DNA from: Lingula anatina | Lineage: Eukaryota; Animalia; Brachiopoda | DNA: 64,000 bases | Direction of reading: 5' to 3' | Assembly (NCBI GenBank): GCA_051362555.1 | Contig: CM120644.1 | Location: forward strand, 13,476,567-13,540,566 | In this document: positions 50,778-64,000 of the stretch, piece by piece | Layout of the letters: each line of letters opens with the position of its first letter | How positions within the stretch are numbered: the first letter of the stretch is position 1 | Notes under the pieces: generated by a model | What the model was told of the DNA's origin: nothing | What the model saw: only the letters and a program-made list of their open reading frames with translations | Database searches by the model: none | Position numbers and translations under genes: made by a program

Positions 50778-53700
50778 TATTTTTCATGTGTTTTGAACCC
50801 ACAGGTGCTCGTATCGCTGACTGGTGCAGAACACCCAAAGTGGCCTACTTTATATCCTACTTATCGATCAATGCGCGACGGTCAATCGTGATACGCTTTA
50901 ACGAATGGCAAGCATCATTTATGCTTTGGAGACGTTAAACAATTCCCGATTTAGTTAATTGGAAAATCGTTATCACTTAACTTTGTTAGAGGAGGAGCTC
51001 AGATTGTGTGTATAAAACACAGTATTTTACCTGATGACTTAATTGTATTAAAATGTGTATGACCCATGTAGCGGCATCATTTTTACCAGTCATCGAACAC
51101 TTCCAAATGACAAGGAACAACAATAATGTTCTTTGATTATTACTATAAGTTTAAAAAATTATTTGGATCCGGATCAGCATCACTGCAAAAAGAGCATATA
51201 TCTTACGTTAGAGTTTCTTTCAAAAACTTCATTTGCTATAATTTATATTGTTTGCTTCTGTATCATTTCTGCATCTATGTACGTACTTTAAAATGAAGTC
51301 GTATTTTAATGGTTAGACCCGGTTATTCTATGACAATTAATTAGCTTTAACATCCAAGTTCACACACGTTGAGTTTGTCACATTCTGAAGAGGTTTACTG
51401 TATAATATTCTCTGGTGGATCCAGGATTTTGTTTTGAAAGGGGTTGGGGTGGTCAAGAAGTTTTAAAACTGCCGATTAAGTGATGAAAATATGAGAAGGT
51501 AGACCAATTTTTACCGTAATTAGGTGGGGATCGGAATGGCAGAAATGCTTGCTTTTGTCACGTTTCGATTATTATTAATCCGTTTTATTATGATTGTTTT
51601 ATTTATATTATTTATTTATTCATTTCTGTTTTATTTGGGTTACTATGATTTATTCTATTTTATTTTATTGTGGGTTTGAATGGGGGAAGAGGTACCTCCG
51701 AAACCCGATATGCCCATTCCTGAATCCTCCACCGACACCAGATCTAGAGTATCGAGTCATTCAAACATTTCTTTCGGATGTGTTTACTTAGGTGTTGACT
51801 TGTAATAATACTGGTATAACTTTGTTGACTTTATTGAGTTACGTTTAAGTCGTAATCTATAAATATTTACCTTACATAACCTGGTTAACAAAGAACCGGT
51901 TACAGACGAGGAAGTGTAAAGAATCATTTTGTTCGTTATTAAGGCATTTAATGCCATTTGCGAATGACGTCTGAAGTTTTGTTACAGTGTAATACAAGAT
52001 ATTATCCGATTCATTTCTTTCGTTGTAATTCTGAATGATTTTTGTGACAGGTTGAATCCGTGTGAGATATAATAAAATATTTATTAAGTAATTTATCATT
52101 AACTTTCTACATCAATATCCCAGACGATTCTATGTCGTTATGAATCCTGGAAAAATATGTGGCACCTGAACACAAATTGAGATATTGTTTTTGTTTTTGT
52201 TTTTGTTTTTCAGCTAGCTCTCCTAAGCTGAAGAGCATGGTCGTGTACATGAGCATTAAGAATACCACCAAGAAGTCAATGAAAATTCAGTAAAAAAACA
52301 AAGATTCCGATGTCCAATGATTAAGGTTGAAAGTTCATACACATAATATATTGTAGTAATCGAGCTTGAAAACCATATAAATTCACATACATGGTAAATA
52401 TTTACATATTTATACGTTTTCTTCTCTTTCTTAATTGTCTTTTAACTTTACCTATTTTCTTTTCTTTTGTTCGTACATTTTATTTGAGGGGGGGGGGGGG
52501 GTCAAGATGTTCTCTTCCGTAATTACCATGCAGACTTGCCTGTTGACAATCATATGCTGCTAATTGGTGACGCACCAGAAATGATAATCATTACTTCTGT
52601 GCTCTTGCACTTGACTCGAGCCATTAGATATAAGTATATTCCCAAATACTTGCAACTTAACAAAAACTGTTGATAATCTGGACAAGATGACTTGCAGATT
52701 TCGACATTGTTTCAGTTTTTGAAAATTAGTCATAACGTCCATTTTGAGAAACAACACGTGCTGACGTAAGCGTGACTTGCAATTTTAGACTTTGACAAAA
52801 CATCTAACTGGATAATTATGGACGTTATTGCAACTTCCTGAAATCGATGTAATTTATCATTTTGTGAACTCGCTTGCTAAGTACGTTAGAGTCAATACAC
52901 AAACCATTTTCCTTCACTTTGAAGCAAAAACTTGTTTTACACGACCAGAAAAACAGGCGGAACTAGATCTCTGAGAACTGCCGCTTTCATCTCAAAAGAA
53001 AATAATAGGCCAGACGCAAGAACATCGTTGTTCCGGCACAGTGGAAGTTGACCGCGATGCATTAGCTATGCTAATATTGTTAGAACACGCTCGGATCATG
53101 CATGCTTTTTATGATATTAGCAAATGGCACTGCCTATATTTTTCAGATCAATAAATCCCCATTGTTTTACCGCGACGGCACTGTCCAAGCAAACACACTT
53201 GTAAGAAGAATATGACTTGTTTTTGAAAATATATTGGGGCGAATTTACCAGTTTCCGTTAACCTGAACGTTGGCCTGAATTGCTTTAAAAGAGAGCACGT
53301 TTAAGTCGATAGACCTTTCATGTCACTTAATAAAAAAGAAACAAAAAAGCTCATATGACAAGACATGTCCTTAAATTAGATTAAGTTTCAGATTTGAGAC
53401 GCATTTTCGTGACACGCTTGAAAATATACATTCTATTCGCCACTGAGAAATTGGTTTCCTCAATTTCGGGTCAACGCTGTAACATTTTTATCTGTAATTA
53501 ATTAGATGTATTTTATCTGTTTGCCATACACTGTACTTCTTGCCTTAAAGCCATTGTTTTATTAATTTTCAATTTCGTTCTGGAAAAACGTGTTTTTTAC
53601 TTTCCTACGCATGTGGTCACATGTTCATAATGTAAGACAGACAGATATAATCAATATGCAAGCCTTGCAGCCTGAGAGAGCGGTTCTGTGATACTCAGCT

Positions 53701-53922
53701 CCAATAGGTCTTAGAAAAACACCAAAAATTAAAGAAATAAATTCTGACAACAATTTAAACGTTTGCCATACACTTTGCTCCTTCAGAAGAATTTGTTTTA
53801 AGAAGTAATTCAATTCACTGTCTAAATGCAACGTTTTTCACAAATATTGAGAAAAAACATTGGTAAATAGATAAAAGCCCAATGTCTTGTCAATAAATGT
53901 TTTATTTGTTTTTTAACTGTAT

Positions 53923-55825
53923 TTAGTTTCCAAATTCCACCGGTTTCTTGGTAAAACAATCCATCCTCTCGTTCTCTTTTAGAACTGCATAAGCCTTACA
54001 GTTGTCTTCTACCATCTTGCACTTCGGCGGCAGCCCAAAGGTCCCTGCCTTTAGTCCTTCGCTGCAATAATAATAATAATAATAATAATAATGAAATGAT
54101 ATCATAGAAATGATCAATATTTTATCATGTTTGTGTATACATGTTTTCATGCTTGTAAGGATAAATCTAACGCTTTTGTATGTCTAACATGTTACATGCA
54201 CAGCATGTATCTGGATAGCATTTGGACCATACATACACAAACACACAACGTTATTATAACGTTACTATAACGTTAATTTTACCAATGACCAGGTTATATG
54301 GTAACGTTATAAAACGTCAGATGTATTTGCTGGGTAGGTGCCCATGTAGGCCCTACTGCATGTATAATATGTTATCACCAATTAAATTTCACTGTGTTAA
54401 ACACTACGTACGAGCTATACGAGCTTCACTTAAGGGAGGGCGAGAGATGTAAGTAAACAGAAAGGGGATCTCAAATATAAGCTCCGGAATGCTGTTTAAT
54501 GTTATAACACTCTTGAAAATGGCTATCAGACCAGATAATAAAACCTGCTGTCAGTAATATTTAGTAAATAGATGCCTGCATTACTCACAAATTAACAAGT
54601 AATATACTGTTGTGCTTGTAAATTAGACGCCTAACAACGTCGATTAGACCAAATTGGTTTAGTTAGATTCAGCTGTTTTTGCACATGCGCATCAAATCTC
54701 ACTTACCCACAACAACTCATTCCATTCTCTGTGCATGTACAGCGCATGCAGTCCGCTGTTTTAAGCACGCTGCCGGGACGCAGCAGCAGGTCTTTATGCT
54801 TGCAGTAAGTAATGCCGGTCCCAAAGTCTGAAATTTAGAGACAAAAAAGCATGCAATGTGTGTCAGACTCGATGGAAGCAATGGATGGATTTTCCGGGAA
54901 ATTTCAGTTGTCTTCCCTTCATAATCCTTTGTCCGAAACCGTTGAGAAAATTGCGATCTTGCACCTATTTTGTATTTGTGAATTCATGATATTTAAAGTC
55001 CAGCGTGATATTTGCCAATCTGTATCTCCATGGCAAGAGTGATGAAAGAAACTAGAACCTTAGAACATCAAACACAGATTCATTGATCTTACCACTGGTG
55101 CTGATGTTCATTAATAGTGTACCTTCATGATAAAGGGTTGAAATGTCCAGAAAATATTTTTTGTTATAAAAATGTACAATGCTCATTGTGTGCATGATAG
55201 TGACCTTTCGCTAAAGAAGAAAAAGATGACTGTACATGTATTCTTTAAAAGTACAGGTTCATTTTTTACATCTAACGTATTTTTTAGCGTTCCGTTTTTA
55301 GTGTTCATTGATATGACGTCCTACTAGGGGACTTCACGAAATTCTGCTTAGATCATATTCTTTTTAAAACGAGTTTAGTTGAAATTCGACACACCGAGCA
55401 AAATTGGCAGTGTCTGGCGCGGAAGCTCCATTTTGGCGTTCCTTTTAGACGGCACTATAACTGGACTGATGAGCTGCCAGTCTCTCAAAGAAGAACGCTT
55501 AGATAGAACGCTCCATTGGAAAAGAGTTACATTTAATACACTGAAATACCCCTGCAAGAAAATAACTTTAATATGTAGATGTACATACATGTAATTTTGT
55601 ATAAAATTCGTCTTCCCCTCCCCCTCCCCTCACAAAAAAAAGATGATAATACTAAAAAATAAATAATTAAAATAGATATGCATGAAACAAAGTCTCTATT
55701 TAAATGGATATCGACTACATAGACTTACCTGACATTTTCCAGACGGGCATACTGGTATAACAGAAACTCTCAAACCCTCTAATGTAGAAACAAGCAAACA
55801 GGAGCGAAAAAAGCCACACATTCAT
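53923..55825 (-). CDS. Beta-microseminoprotein (MSMB/PSP94)-like secreted cysteine-rich protein, copy B, 118 aa
   Basis: Exons 55825-55729, 54827-54707, 54061-53923 (phases 1,2): MNVWLFSLLFACFYIRGFES-FCYTSMPVWKMSDFGTGITYCKHKDLLLRPGSVLKTADCMRCTCTENGMSCCGEGLKAGTFGLPPKCKMVEDNCKAYAVLKENERMDCFTKKPVEFGN; signal peptide and 10 Cys with the GS..T.DC..C.C...G..CC pattern. Confidence 0.88.
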
Positions 55826-58800
55826 TTTTGACCGAAATCCGATTGCGCACAAAATAGATGAACAAATGTTGAAAATTATATTTTTGGAATTCGATTTGAA
55901 AACCTTGAAGACTCACAAGTGCTTCCTAAAAAAACTTCAACACGTTCACTATGCGAATGAGAGCTGAAGACTCACTTGTTTGGAGACCAAGAACACGGAC
56001 GCTCTGTGCAGATAAAATTCTCGGGTCAGAGTTTTTATAGTCACGACTTTGGTAATTGGGAAGGTAAGCACCCTGTGGGTCAGCGTGTATAAATGCACAA
56101 TTTTGACCTCTCCACTGTGGCGAACAAACAGAAGATAAAATATCTATTTGTGATTAGGTCTGGCAGAGGATTTGCGGTGGCGGCGATGGTGGTGGTAAGC
56201 TCTAATTCACCTCGTTATCCATGGGAAAGGGCACAAATGTCGCTTACTGGCTTCCAATGAACAACATTTTGTCTACCATTTTTCATCCATAGAAGGGACG
56301 AGAGGGGTTGCGTAAAAAAGGTTCTGTTGTTGATGGTGGTGGTTATATTGTCTTTGCCAAATAAACCAAGGTACAGGACACATTATAGTCCTCCCGAAAA
56401 TCAGAAACCCATTTTCCTCTGATCGAGAACAGTACCTGAGAAGAGGAGAATCAGAATTCATCCGATTAGCCCTATTTTGATATAAGGCCTTGACAGAAAT
56501 GGTTTTTGTCATATTGAAACTAAGGGTGCAGTCAAGCGATATCAATTTGATGAGGAACTTGTACCTTTTAATATTTCTCATTTAAGGAGAAAGGAAATTA
56601 AAAGATAACGTTTGCATCCAGGCAATTTGACTATAATTGAAAGTTTATTAAATGTTTACCAGGATCCATGCGTCAAACTGAATGAATGGCACTGTCCGAA
56701 ATTGGCCAACAATTCCGTGGAGTAAGGCTGACACCCCCTCTCCCAATAAATCAATCGGTTTTATGCATTTTGTGGAATCAATACTGAAAAAGCACCTAGA
56801 AAGAACCCACGGAAAATTTTCAATTGTTGATTTTATTTCTTTTTTAATTTATATATCATTTTATCTATCTATTCATCTACCTAAATATATCTATTTATTT
56901 ATTTATTTTATTTTATTTTATTTTATTTGTGTAGGGGAGATTGTTCTATAACTCGGCGCTTTTCCGGGAAAGCTACACTTTGAAAGAAAATTGTGTCGAG
57001 GCATCCTCCACAAATGACGTCACGTCACGACTAGGAAAACCTTTGACCATCTTTTTTTTTATCTTTTGGAGACAGCTTAGATTAGGCACATGAACGGACC
57101 TCAAGCTTAACTGGACAATTTCAACATGTGAAGACTCGTTCAAATCCGTACTAACAATTCGCATCCCTGGCAACTTCGGTTAAAGCCTTTTGCTTTAAGT
57201 TAGAACTGATCTGATCACGCCTTAAAATCCAATAGGAGAAAAAAAGACCTGGCGAACGTAGATTTTCACATTGTTGAGCAATTTAGTTTGTTCGCTTTGA
57301 TACCAGTTATTGAAATAAGCGAAAATGATTATGGGTCCTAGGCTAAAATAATGAGGGATTTCGTGGGAATTGTTTTAGCTCGGATCGACAATTTGCTCGT
57401 TGTAAATAGTTGTTTCGATTTCATATGATAACGACTTGGCGGAAATGGGTACAAGAAGCGTTTTACTAATGACGCATTATATGTAAATGACTCCATTACT
57501 CCCATTTGATCAGGGACTGGTTTTGTTATAAAAATTAAGCAGCAATATTGGTAAAAGAACCTGGTACACTATAAAAGCGTAGTCTGTAGTTCAAGATAAA
57601 ACCAAGGTAGTGTAGTTAAATAAAGTACGTATTTGTCTTTTCGTATTAAAACAGGCGCAATATTTCACTAGATTGTATTACCACTGACTTTTCACTAACC
57701 ACTGTAGGCTAAAATGTCGGTCTAGATATTTAGACCAATTTTGGTAACTAAGTTCTTTCGTGAAAGAGGTCCCTGGGTTTGTGTATTTCACATATCGTTA
57801 AAAACTTCACCATAGTCAAGCCTCATTTATAAGCCTCGTTTACTGCTGCACTCATTATTTCTTAGTTAATGTGGTCAATTACGCTTATTTTCATCTTAAT
57901 CACCTTAGATCAAATAGCTCAAAATGCGTTCAAAGTGTAATTTCCGCCAACCAACGTGGCGGCAGTAATCTAGCCACTTTTAGTGCATAGGGCAATTTTG
58001 TCCATCTGGTTTAATTCATCTTTTTGGTATATCAAAGAATTGTTATTGTTTATCGCGATTTTTGCATTGAAAGATGGCAACATAAGAAAATATATGACAC
58101 AAAATTCTTTTTGGGGTATTTGTGTGCATTTAATGAACTTTGACCAGTTTTTGGACCAACTAATTTGAGATTTAAAAAAAAGAACACATCACGTGGTGCA
58201 ATGGCGTCTCCACGTCGTTATAACAATGTTACAGCATCCGAGTAACGTTATTGCAGTGTGACATTGTTCACGTGGGGGGGGGGGGGGGGCACATGGCACG
58301 TTGCATAGGGCTTGTTGGTTACTTTCCATTTAATTTTCCATAGAAATACATATGCCCCGTTATCCTTATTCAAAACGGGCAGGGTTGCCGTCAAGTGTAT
58401 CAAAAACAGACCACATCATAATACGAAAGCCTTTATTACAAATGATATGTTTATCATTCTATAACGCACTTCTCTGTTCCACTCATATTTACAACACAAA
58501 AAAAAAACAAGATTCATCACCACCCTTTTCAAAAATCATGACAGGGGCAACAAAAGAATTTTTTGCGTGACGCAATTGCAAACCTAGATTGAAATACATG
58601 ATGCACGTACATCAAGAACTGTATTTAATACCATTTTGAAATATTGTCATATAATTAGTAAAGGTGGATACCATCTAGAATGCTATAGGCACACATATCA
58701 CCATAATGAATGTTGACCAAAGCCTACCCAGGTATCCGGTTTAAGTATATGAAAATATGAATGCACACGTGAATGAGACGGACAGTGGAACACTAAGTGC

Positions 58801-59640
58801 TTCGATCTCCTCTGTCTTTAACAATATGGATCCTGCGGATGCTAAACATCATAATATTAAATGTACAGTTTTTTATCAAGTCATCATCTTGTCACACATT
58901 ATAACACCGATTTTTACGTCGGTTTTCTGTGGGAACTTAAAGGCCACCAACACTAAATATATACCCACATTATATGCTTGCAAGACTTTTTTCGAAATAA
59001 ATAAATGAATTAATTAATAATAGTACCGGTAGATAATAGCAATTCAGCAGTTATTTTAAATAACTATGAAAGTCAATATACACTGTGCACTAAATCTAGG
59101 CACGTAGAGAAATGCAGAGTTTGTAACCCCTGGAACGAGTATTTTTCACTTAATGCCAGGAAAAACATGTTTGATAACTCCATCTGTCGCTATAATTAGT
59201 TGACAACCATCAAACACGTACTGAAAGAGCCCACGAATTAACGTCCGGCGCACACTACGAGATCCAAGCTCAGTCATCTAACTCAAATCAAATTTGAAAC
59301 ATCATTGAAAGTGTGCGCTGACTTGAGATACAAAACACGCTCGACATTCCCCGAGGAAAAAACGATAACAACCAGTCGAATTGCTAAGCTCACGAGAACA
59401 TTCGCTCAGCTCGTAACTCATAGCGTGTGCCGGCCGTAATAACACCGGTATTTTATTCATTTGTGGAAATACAGACCAAGAATCCCCATTTTCGAACAAA
59501 AATGTTCACTAGTTTATAACCGTGACATTGGACCTGGACGACGACACAGTGATATATAATAGATTCATTCACAGAATAAAAGCGGAAATCAAGTCAAGAG
59601 CTGCTACCGCCGCTGTTGCTGCCGCTGCTGCTGTTGCTGA

Positions 59641-59923
59641 TTACCCCACCAACACGGAGGGGATTTCACTGCTTGGTTCTTTCTCCGACAGACCCGCAGT
59701 ACCGACCTCATCAGGTACCCACTGGATCTTGCAATTCACGCTGACCGCTTTGAGCCCAGGCGGTCCAGCGATCACACCGGCCTTCAAACCCTGCCTGCAA
59801 AGATGGAAAAGCTTTTTGATAAGAAAAATCGACCACAAATGAAGGTTGTTTATATTTAAGGCAAACCACACATGATTTCAGCAGAAGTGACACTGCAGAC
59901 AGGGTTAGATCCATTCATGTGAC

Positions 59924-59958
<35 letters not shown>

Positions 59959-62169
59959 ACGAAAAGAAACCCAAGGATGGAATGATAAGGAAATGTATAT
60001 CAGTGAAATATAAATGTGAAGGGTATCTTTCATTTTTTCACAACCAATAAACAAAATGATAATTAGGATAATAAAGATACGACAGCCCATCTTAGTAGGC
60101 GATAAGCTAGGGTCATTTATCATTCGAATGAAAATTAAATTGTCGTTTGGTTACCACGGTTCATCTCTTGATGAATTTATTACTCGAAATAACCACAAAA
60201 TACTCCAAGTATACAAAACAACATTTTTATGCATTATTTCCGCATTCACCACAGCGGGAGCTATGAGCACAGCACCACCGACATATGATGATTTATGGGT
60301 CCGATAGAGGGCGGCACTTTTCCATAACTCATTTTCATTTGAACAAAGTGTTTTGTAAGTTCTCTAAACTTTTTTTTTTGCTTTTGAATGCAATCTAGGT
60401 GCATGATTGCGTCATAACCCTACCCCGTCAAAATATGAATAAAAAAAGAACAGAATATCAGAAAAAACTTTTTATACAGTTTTAGACTGAGTATTTAGCA
60501 AATTGTCTGATCAATTTCGTCCAAATCCGACCACCACCTCTCCTCTGTGTCATATTTAGTACGAACAAAGCGTGATGTAAGGTGTAAACATACACACGGT
60601 ACCCTTTCACTAATAAAGACAAGATACATGTATCAATCTCAAAACTTTTTTATCTTAAAACAAAAATGCCACTTTCGTTTATCTCCTTTTTTTAGAATTC
60701 CGTCAGTCCCCACAATTAATTAATCCCCGTTAACCACTTTCACATTTAATTTTTTTTCTCTTTAAAAATTAGAATGCAAATCATTACATATGTGTATAGT
60801 CAACCTACCCGCAACAGGATAGCCCGGTCCTGAAGCACTCACAGCGCATGCAGTCTTTGGTATATATAACAGACCCGGGACGGAGTCCGATCCCTTTGTA
60901 CTCGCAGTAGGGAAATGCACCATAAGCTGTAAGAAAACAGAACTTTGTAAATCTGTAGGTTTTCGCTGATATTGTTGTAAACTTGTACATGATAATGGGT
61001 ATCATCTTAGAACGAGGTGTTCGGTATTTGTGACGTCATGTGAAATAATAAAACATGTGGAAATCCGTGTAAAGTGGGATTATATTTTTAGTGATAAAGA
61101 TGAAACTTGGGGTGAAAGCTCCGGGAAAGTTTTCTTAGCAACCAATACAAAAATGACGCGCAAAGCATGGAGCATTCGCATTGTTTTGCGATAAAGTAGA
61201 CAGTAATTATACATAATTTAAGCAAAACAACCAGAAAATACCAACGAATAAACTCTATCAGATTATACTTGTTGCCGTAACGAACCCGTTAGTCTGCCAT
61301 TACTTCTGACCCCAATGTCCTTCAAAACCCATGAAATCTCGCTAAGTCTCGAGGTTAGATATTTCTATCCCTACAGTAAAGTGATACTTTCCGGTTCTTA
61401 TTAACACAATGTGGAATGGTCTGTTAGTTTTAAATATTAAAAAGGAAATCCTGAATCAGTGAGTCAACGCACCGAAATCCAAATATCGGATTAATGCATT
61501 TTTGCAGTCGAAATGCCGTGTTTAAGTAACGTTAGAAGGGTTATAAAAAGCAATATACACTTTTAAGATTACGGCATGGAAACGTTTCCTAAATTGAAAC
61601 AAGAACTGCACCCATTAACTGGTGGAGATCTATCGGTAAAACTGTCGGTTTAATGCATTCCACAAAGTAACATGTTGTGTTGAAAGGAAGTATTGGTAAG
61701 GATTTTATGTCAATCTTTAAATATTTATGTTTCCCATATGGAATACTGAAAATCTGCGGTAGGGTTAAAACACAACCATTAGAGTTTTTTGTGGTGCAGT
61801 GATGTTATTTCAGATCCAATGCGGCCAATAAAAAGCGCACTTGTGTGCTCCTGTACTCCTAAATCTGTTTATATATTTCAAAGGTATTACAGTCTTAAAA
61901 TAGTATCACTGAAGTGGTGGTTATTTAGAGTAGGCTGAAATGACGCCTCATAGAGTGATTTTTCCCTCTTAATTCTCTATGGACAGTACATAGACGCCTA
62001 ACACCATCTTAACCATATTAACTTCGCAGTTTCAGTTTTATGACAATCTTGATTTTGCGTGCAGACATTCAAATATCATATCCTTTTTTTACATTTTAAC
62101 CTACAATCGCAGATCTAAATTATAGTTGATGCATACTGTTAAACAATATACTTCACGAAAAGATGTCGG

Positions 62170-62216
<47 letters not shown>

Positions 62217-62416
62217 GTTCGCAGCAAACCTGTAATGCAAACTATAGCAAGTATTAGAAAAAGGCATAAGTGTAAAGAAACGACAGAAAAAAAGGGTAAC
62301 AAACTATACTTACGTGTCAAGTCGATCTTCGGTCGTGACCTATTGCAGAAAGCATCAACATTAAGAATGAAGCAGCAAACGGCCACAAACGCAAGGGAAG
62401 CAACTCTTATCTTCAT
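59641..62416 (-). CDS. Beta-microseminoprotein (MSMB/PSP94)-like secreted protein, copy A, 124 aa, 8 mature Cys
   Basis: Exons 62416-62314, 60926-60809, 59794-59641 (phases 1,2): MKIRVASLAFVAVCCFILNVDA-FCNRSRPKIDLTPYGAFPYCEYKGIGLRPGSVIYTKDCMRCECFRTGLSCCGQGLKAGVIAGPPGLKAVSVNCKIQWVPDEV...VLVG. Confidence 0.87.
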
Positions 62417-63405
62417 TTTGTGCCAATGTAAAAGTTACGGGACCTGTCGCTTTTTCCGAAGTTCTTCGGTGCCGGGAAAATCTGGACGGTTCTTGCTTTC
62501 GAATGGGTAGAAGTCTGTCTATGATTGATGCCGTAACTTGGCTTATATGCTTATTTTAAAACGAACCCTTGACCACGTGAGTTAGCAGGCACTCCGTTAG
62601 CGTCAGCCCTATTTTTATCTGGTTGATATTTTTAAGTTGGCCTTACTGCACTGATGAATTTTGTGCGTGCTTGATCAAAATTACCCACTCTGTAAGGAGA
62701 ATTACTCAAGATGATATTTGATGAATGCTCCCTTTGAAGAAGTGCGCGAGTGTCCGCCAAATCACCTCTCTGACGGGAAACGGCTCAGAAAGCGTACATA
62801 AATACTCTCGCGCACGTGCACAAATCCACTTCCTCTTCGCCCGTGATGAATGTTAGGATTGCTGAAAATGTCTGGAATGGGAAAGAAATTTAAGCGAATT
62901 ATTTGCTCGTTCCAACCGCACGGAAACGTGAGCGATGTTTCAAGTGTCTCGCAAAGCAGGCTATCTCTAATAGAATTCTCAATGTCAAAATGCCACAGCG
63001 CTTTAAGCACCTTTATACTCGTTTTCGGAGGATAAGGTGAGAGTATATTTAGAACTGTGACGTCGCGGGCATCACGCTCCCGCTGACAGGCTGATGAAAC
63101 ATGCGAATTAATTAGTGAAGGCTATAAATAGGTTGATTTCTGTGTGTTTCCTGCTTACGATTTTTGGCAGATTTCTTTAACGAAATAATACATTCATGCA
63201 AACTGAATAGATCATGAATTAAAGGAAAACAGGTGCAACGGTTATACAGGTCTTTTGCACTAGGGTGTAAAATGTAAAATGTTTACTGCAACATGTAAAA
63301 AAATTGGGAAGGGGAGGTCGACAGAAAAACAAACATCACCTGATAAAATTTTTCACTGCTATTGTGCGAATGAAAAAATGTTCCCATGCAAACCTAAGTT
63401 AGGTA

Positions 63406-63446
<41 letters not shown>

Positions 63447-64000
63447 ATAAAAAAAGGAAACGAACCGAAATTACAAGATGACATTCACAGTAAGTCAGTA
63501 CACCGGCACTTGGTTAGCGTATAATTTATATCGTCAAGGTGTCTGGTGCCTCTCAGCACGTAAACAAATTATTTATACTGGACACATGGTACATACGCCT
63601 CTTTACCGGCATCATCAATTATATTTTGGCTGTTGCAGCCGCTTGTTTATTCATTTTTATACTTTATTCGTTATTCCCAGCATTCTGCATGATTTTTCAT
63701 GGTACCAATTTGAAACTGGTTGTCATTGAATTTTCTACATCTCCCAAAGTTCCAGAGCCAGATCCTGTTTCTATAGTATCCAGCCTCGATTTGAGCAAGA
63801 CAAGACGAAAACTGGATCATTTTCCGAAAAATGCAAAGTACAGTCAATATTGTGGTTCTGTTAGCCTTTAAGTTTAAGTAGATGGATTAAGCGTACCTTA
63901 ACAGAAGTTTGTAAACAACTTGGCGGCTTTACCTTTTCTTAGTGTGTTGCATAATTAGGTTATGCAATGCTTAAAACGTAAACATTTTGTTCACCAGAAA

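Noticed and set aside
42431-50838. Many overlapping antisense and alternative-frame ORFs over GRL5 and GRL6 exon 1
   Set aside because: Expected shadows of GC-richer coding sequence; no recognisable motifs.

Overview
AT-rich eukaryotic (animal, probably marine invertebrate) genomic DNA with GT-AG introns; gene models were assembled by hand from splice sites and reading-frame phase. Left to right: MITEs and a ~548-bp higher-order tandem repeat (1.1-3.7 kb); the first two exons of a secreted/membrane Ig-domain gene (minus strand); a minus-strand tandem array of six gustatory-receptor-like (GRL, 7TM ion channel superfamily) genes, five complete with 4 exons and one with only an intact first exon; and two 3-exon beta-microseminoprotein (MSMB/PSP94)-like genes. 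Embedded in the GRL array, on the plus strand, is an intact 7-exon, 588-aa homologue of bacterial HypX/HoxX (formyltransferase plus crotonase-fold enzyme that makes the CO ligand of [NiFe]-hydrogenases). This is the most unusual feature, since animals have no known [NiFe]-hydrogenase. Several transposon insertions can be delimited precisely by comparing paralogous introns.
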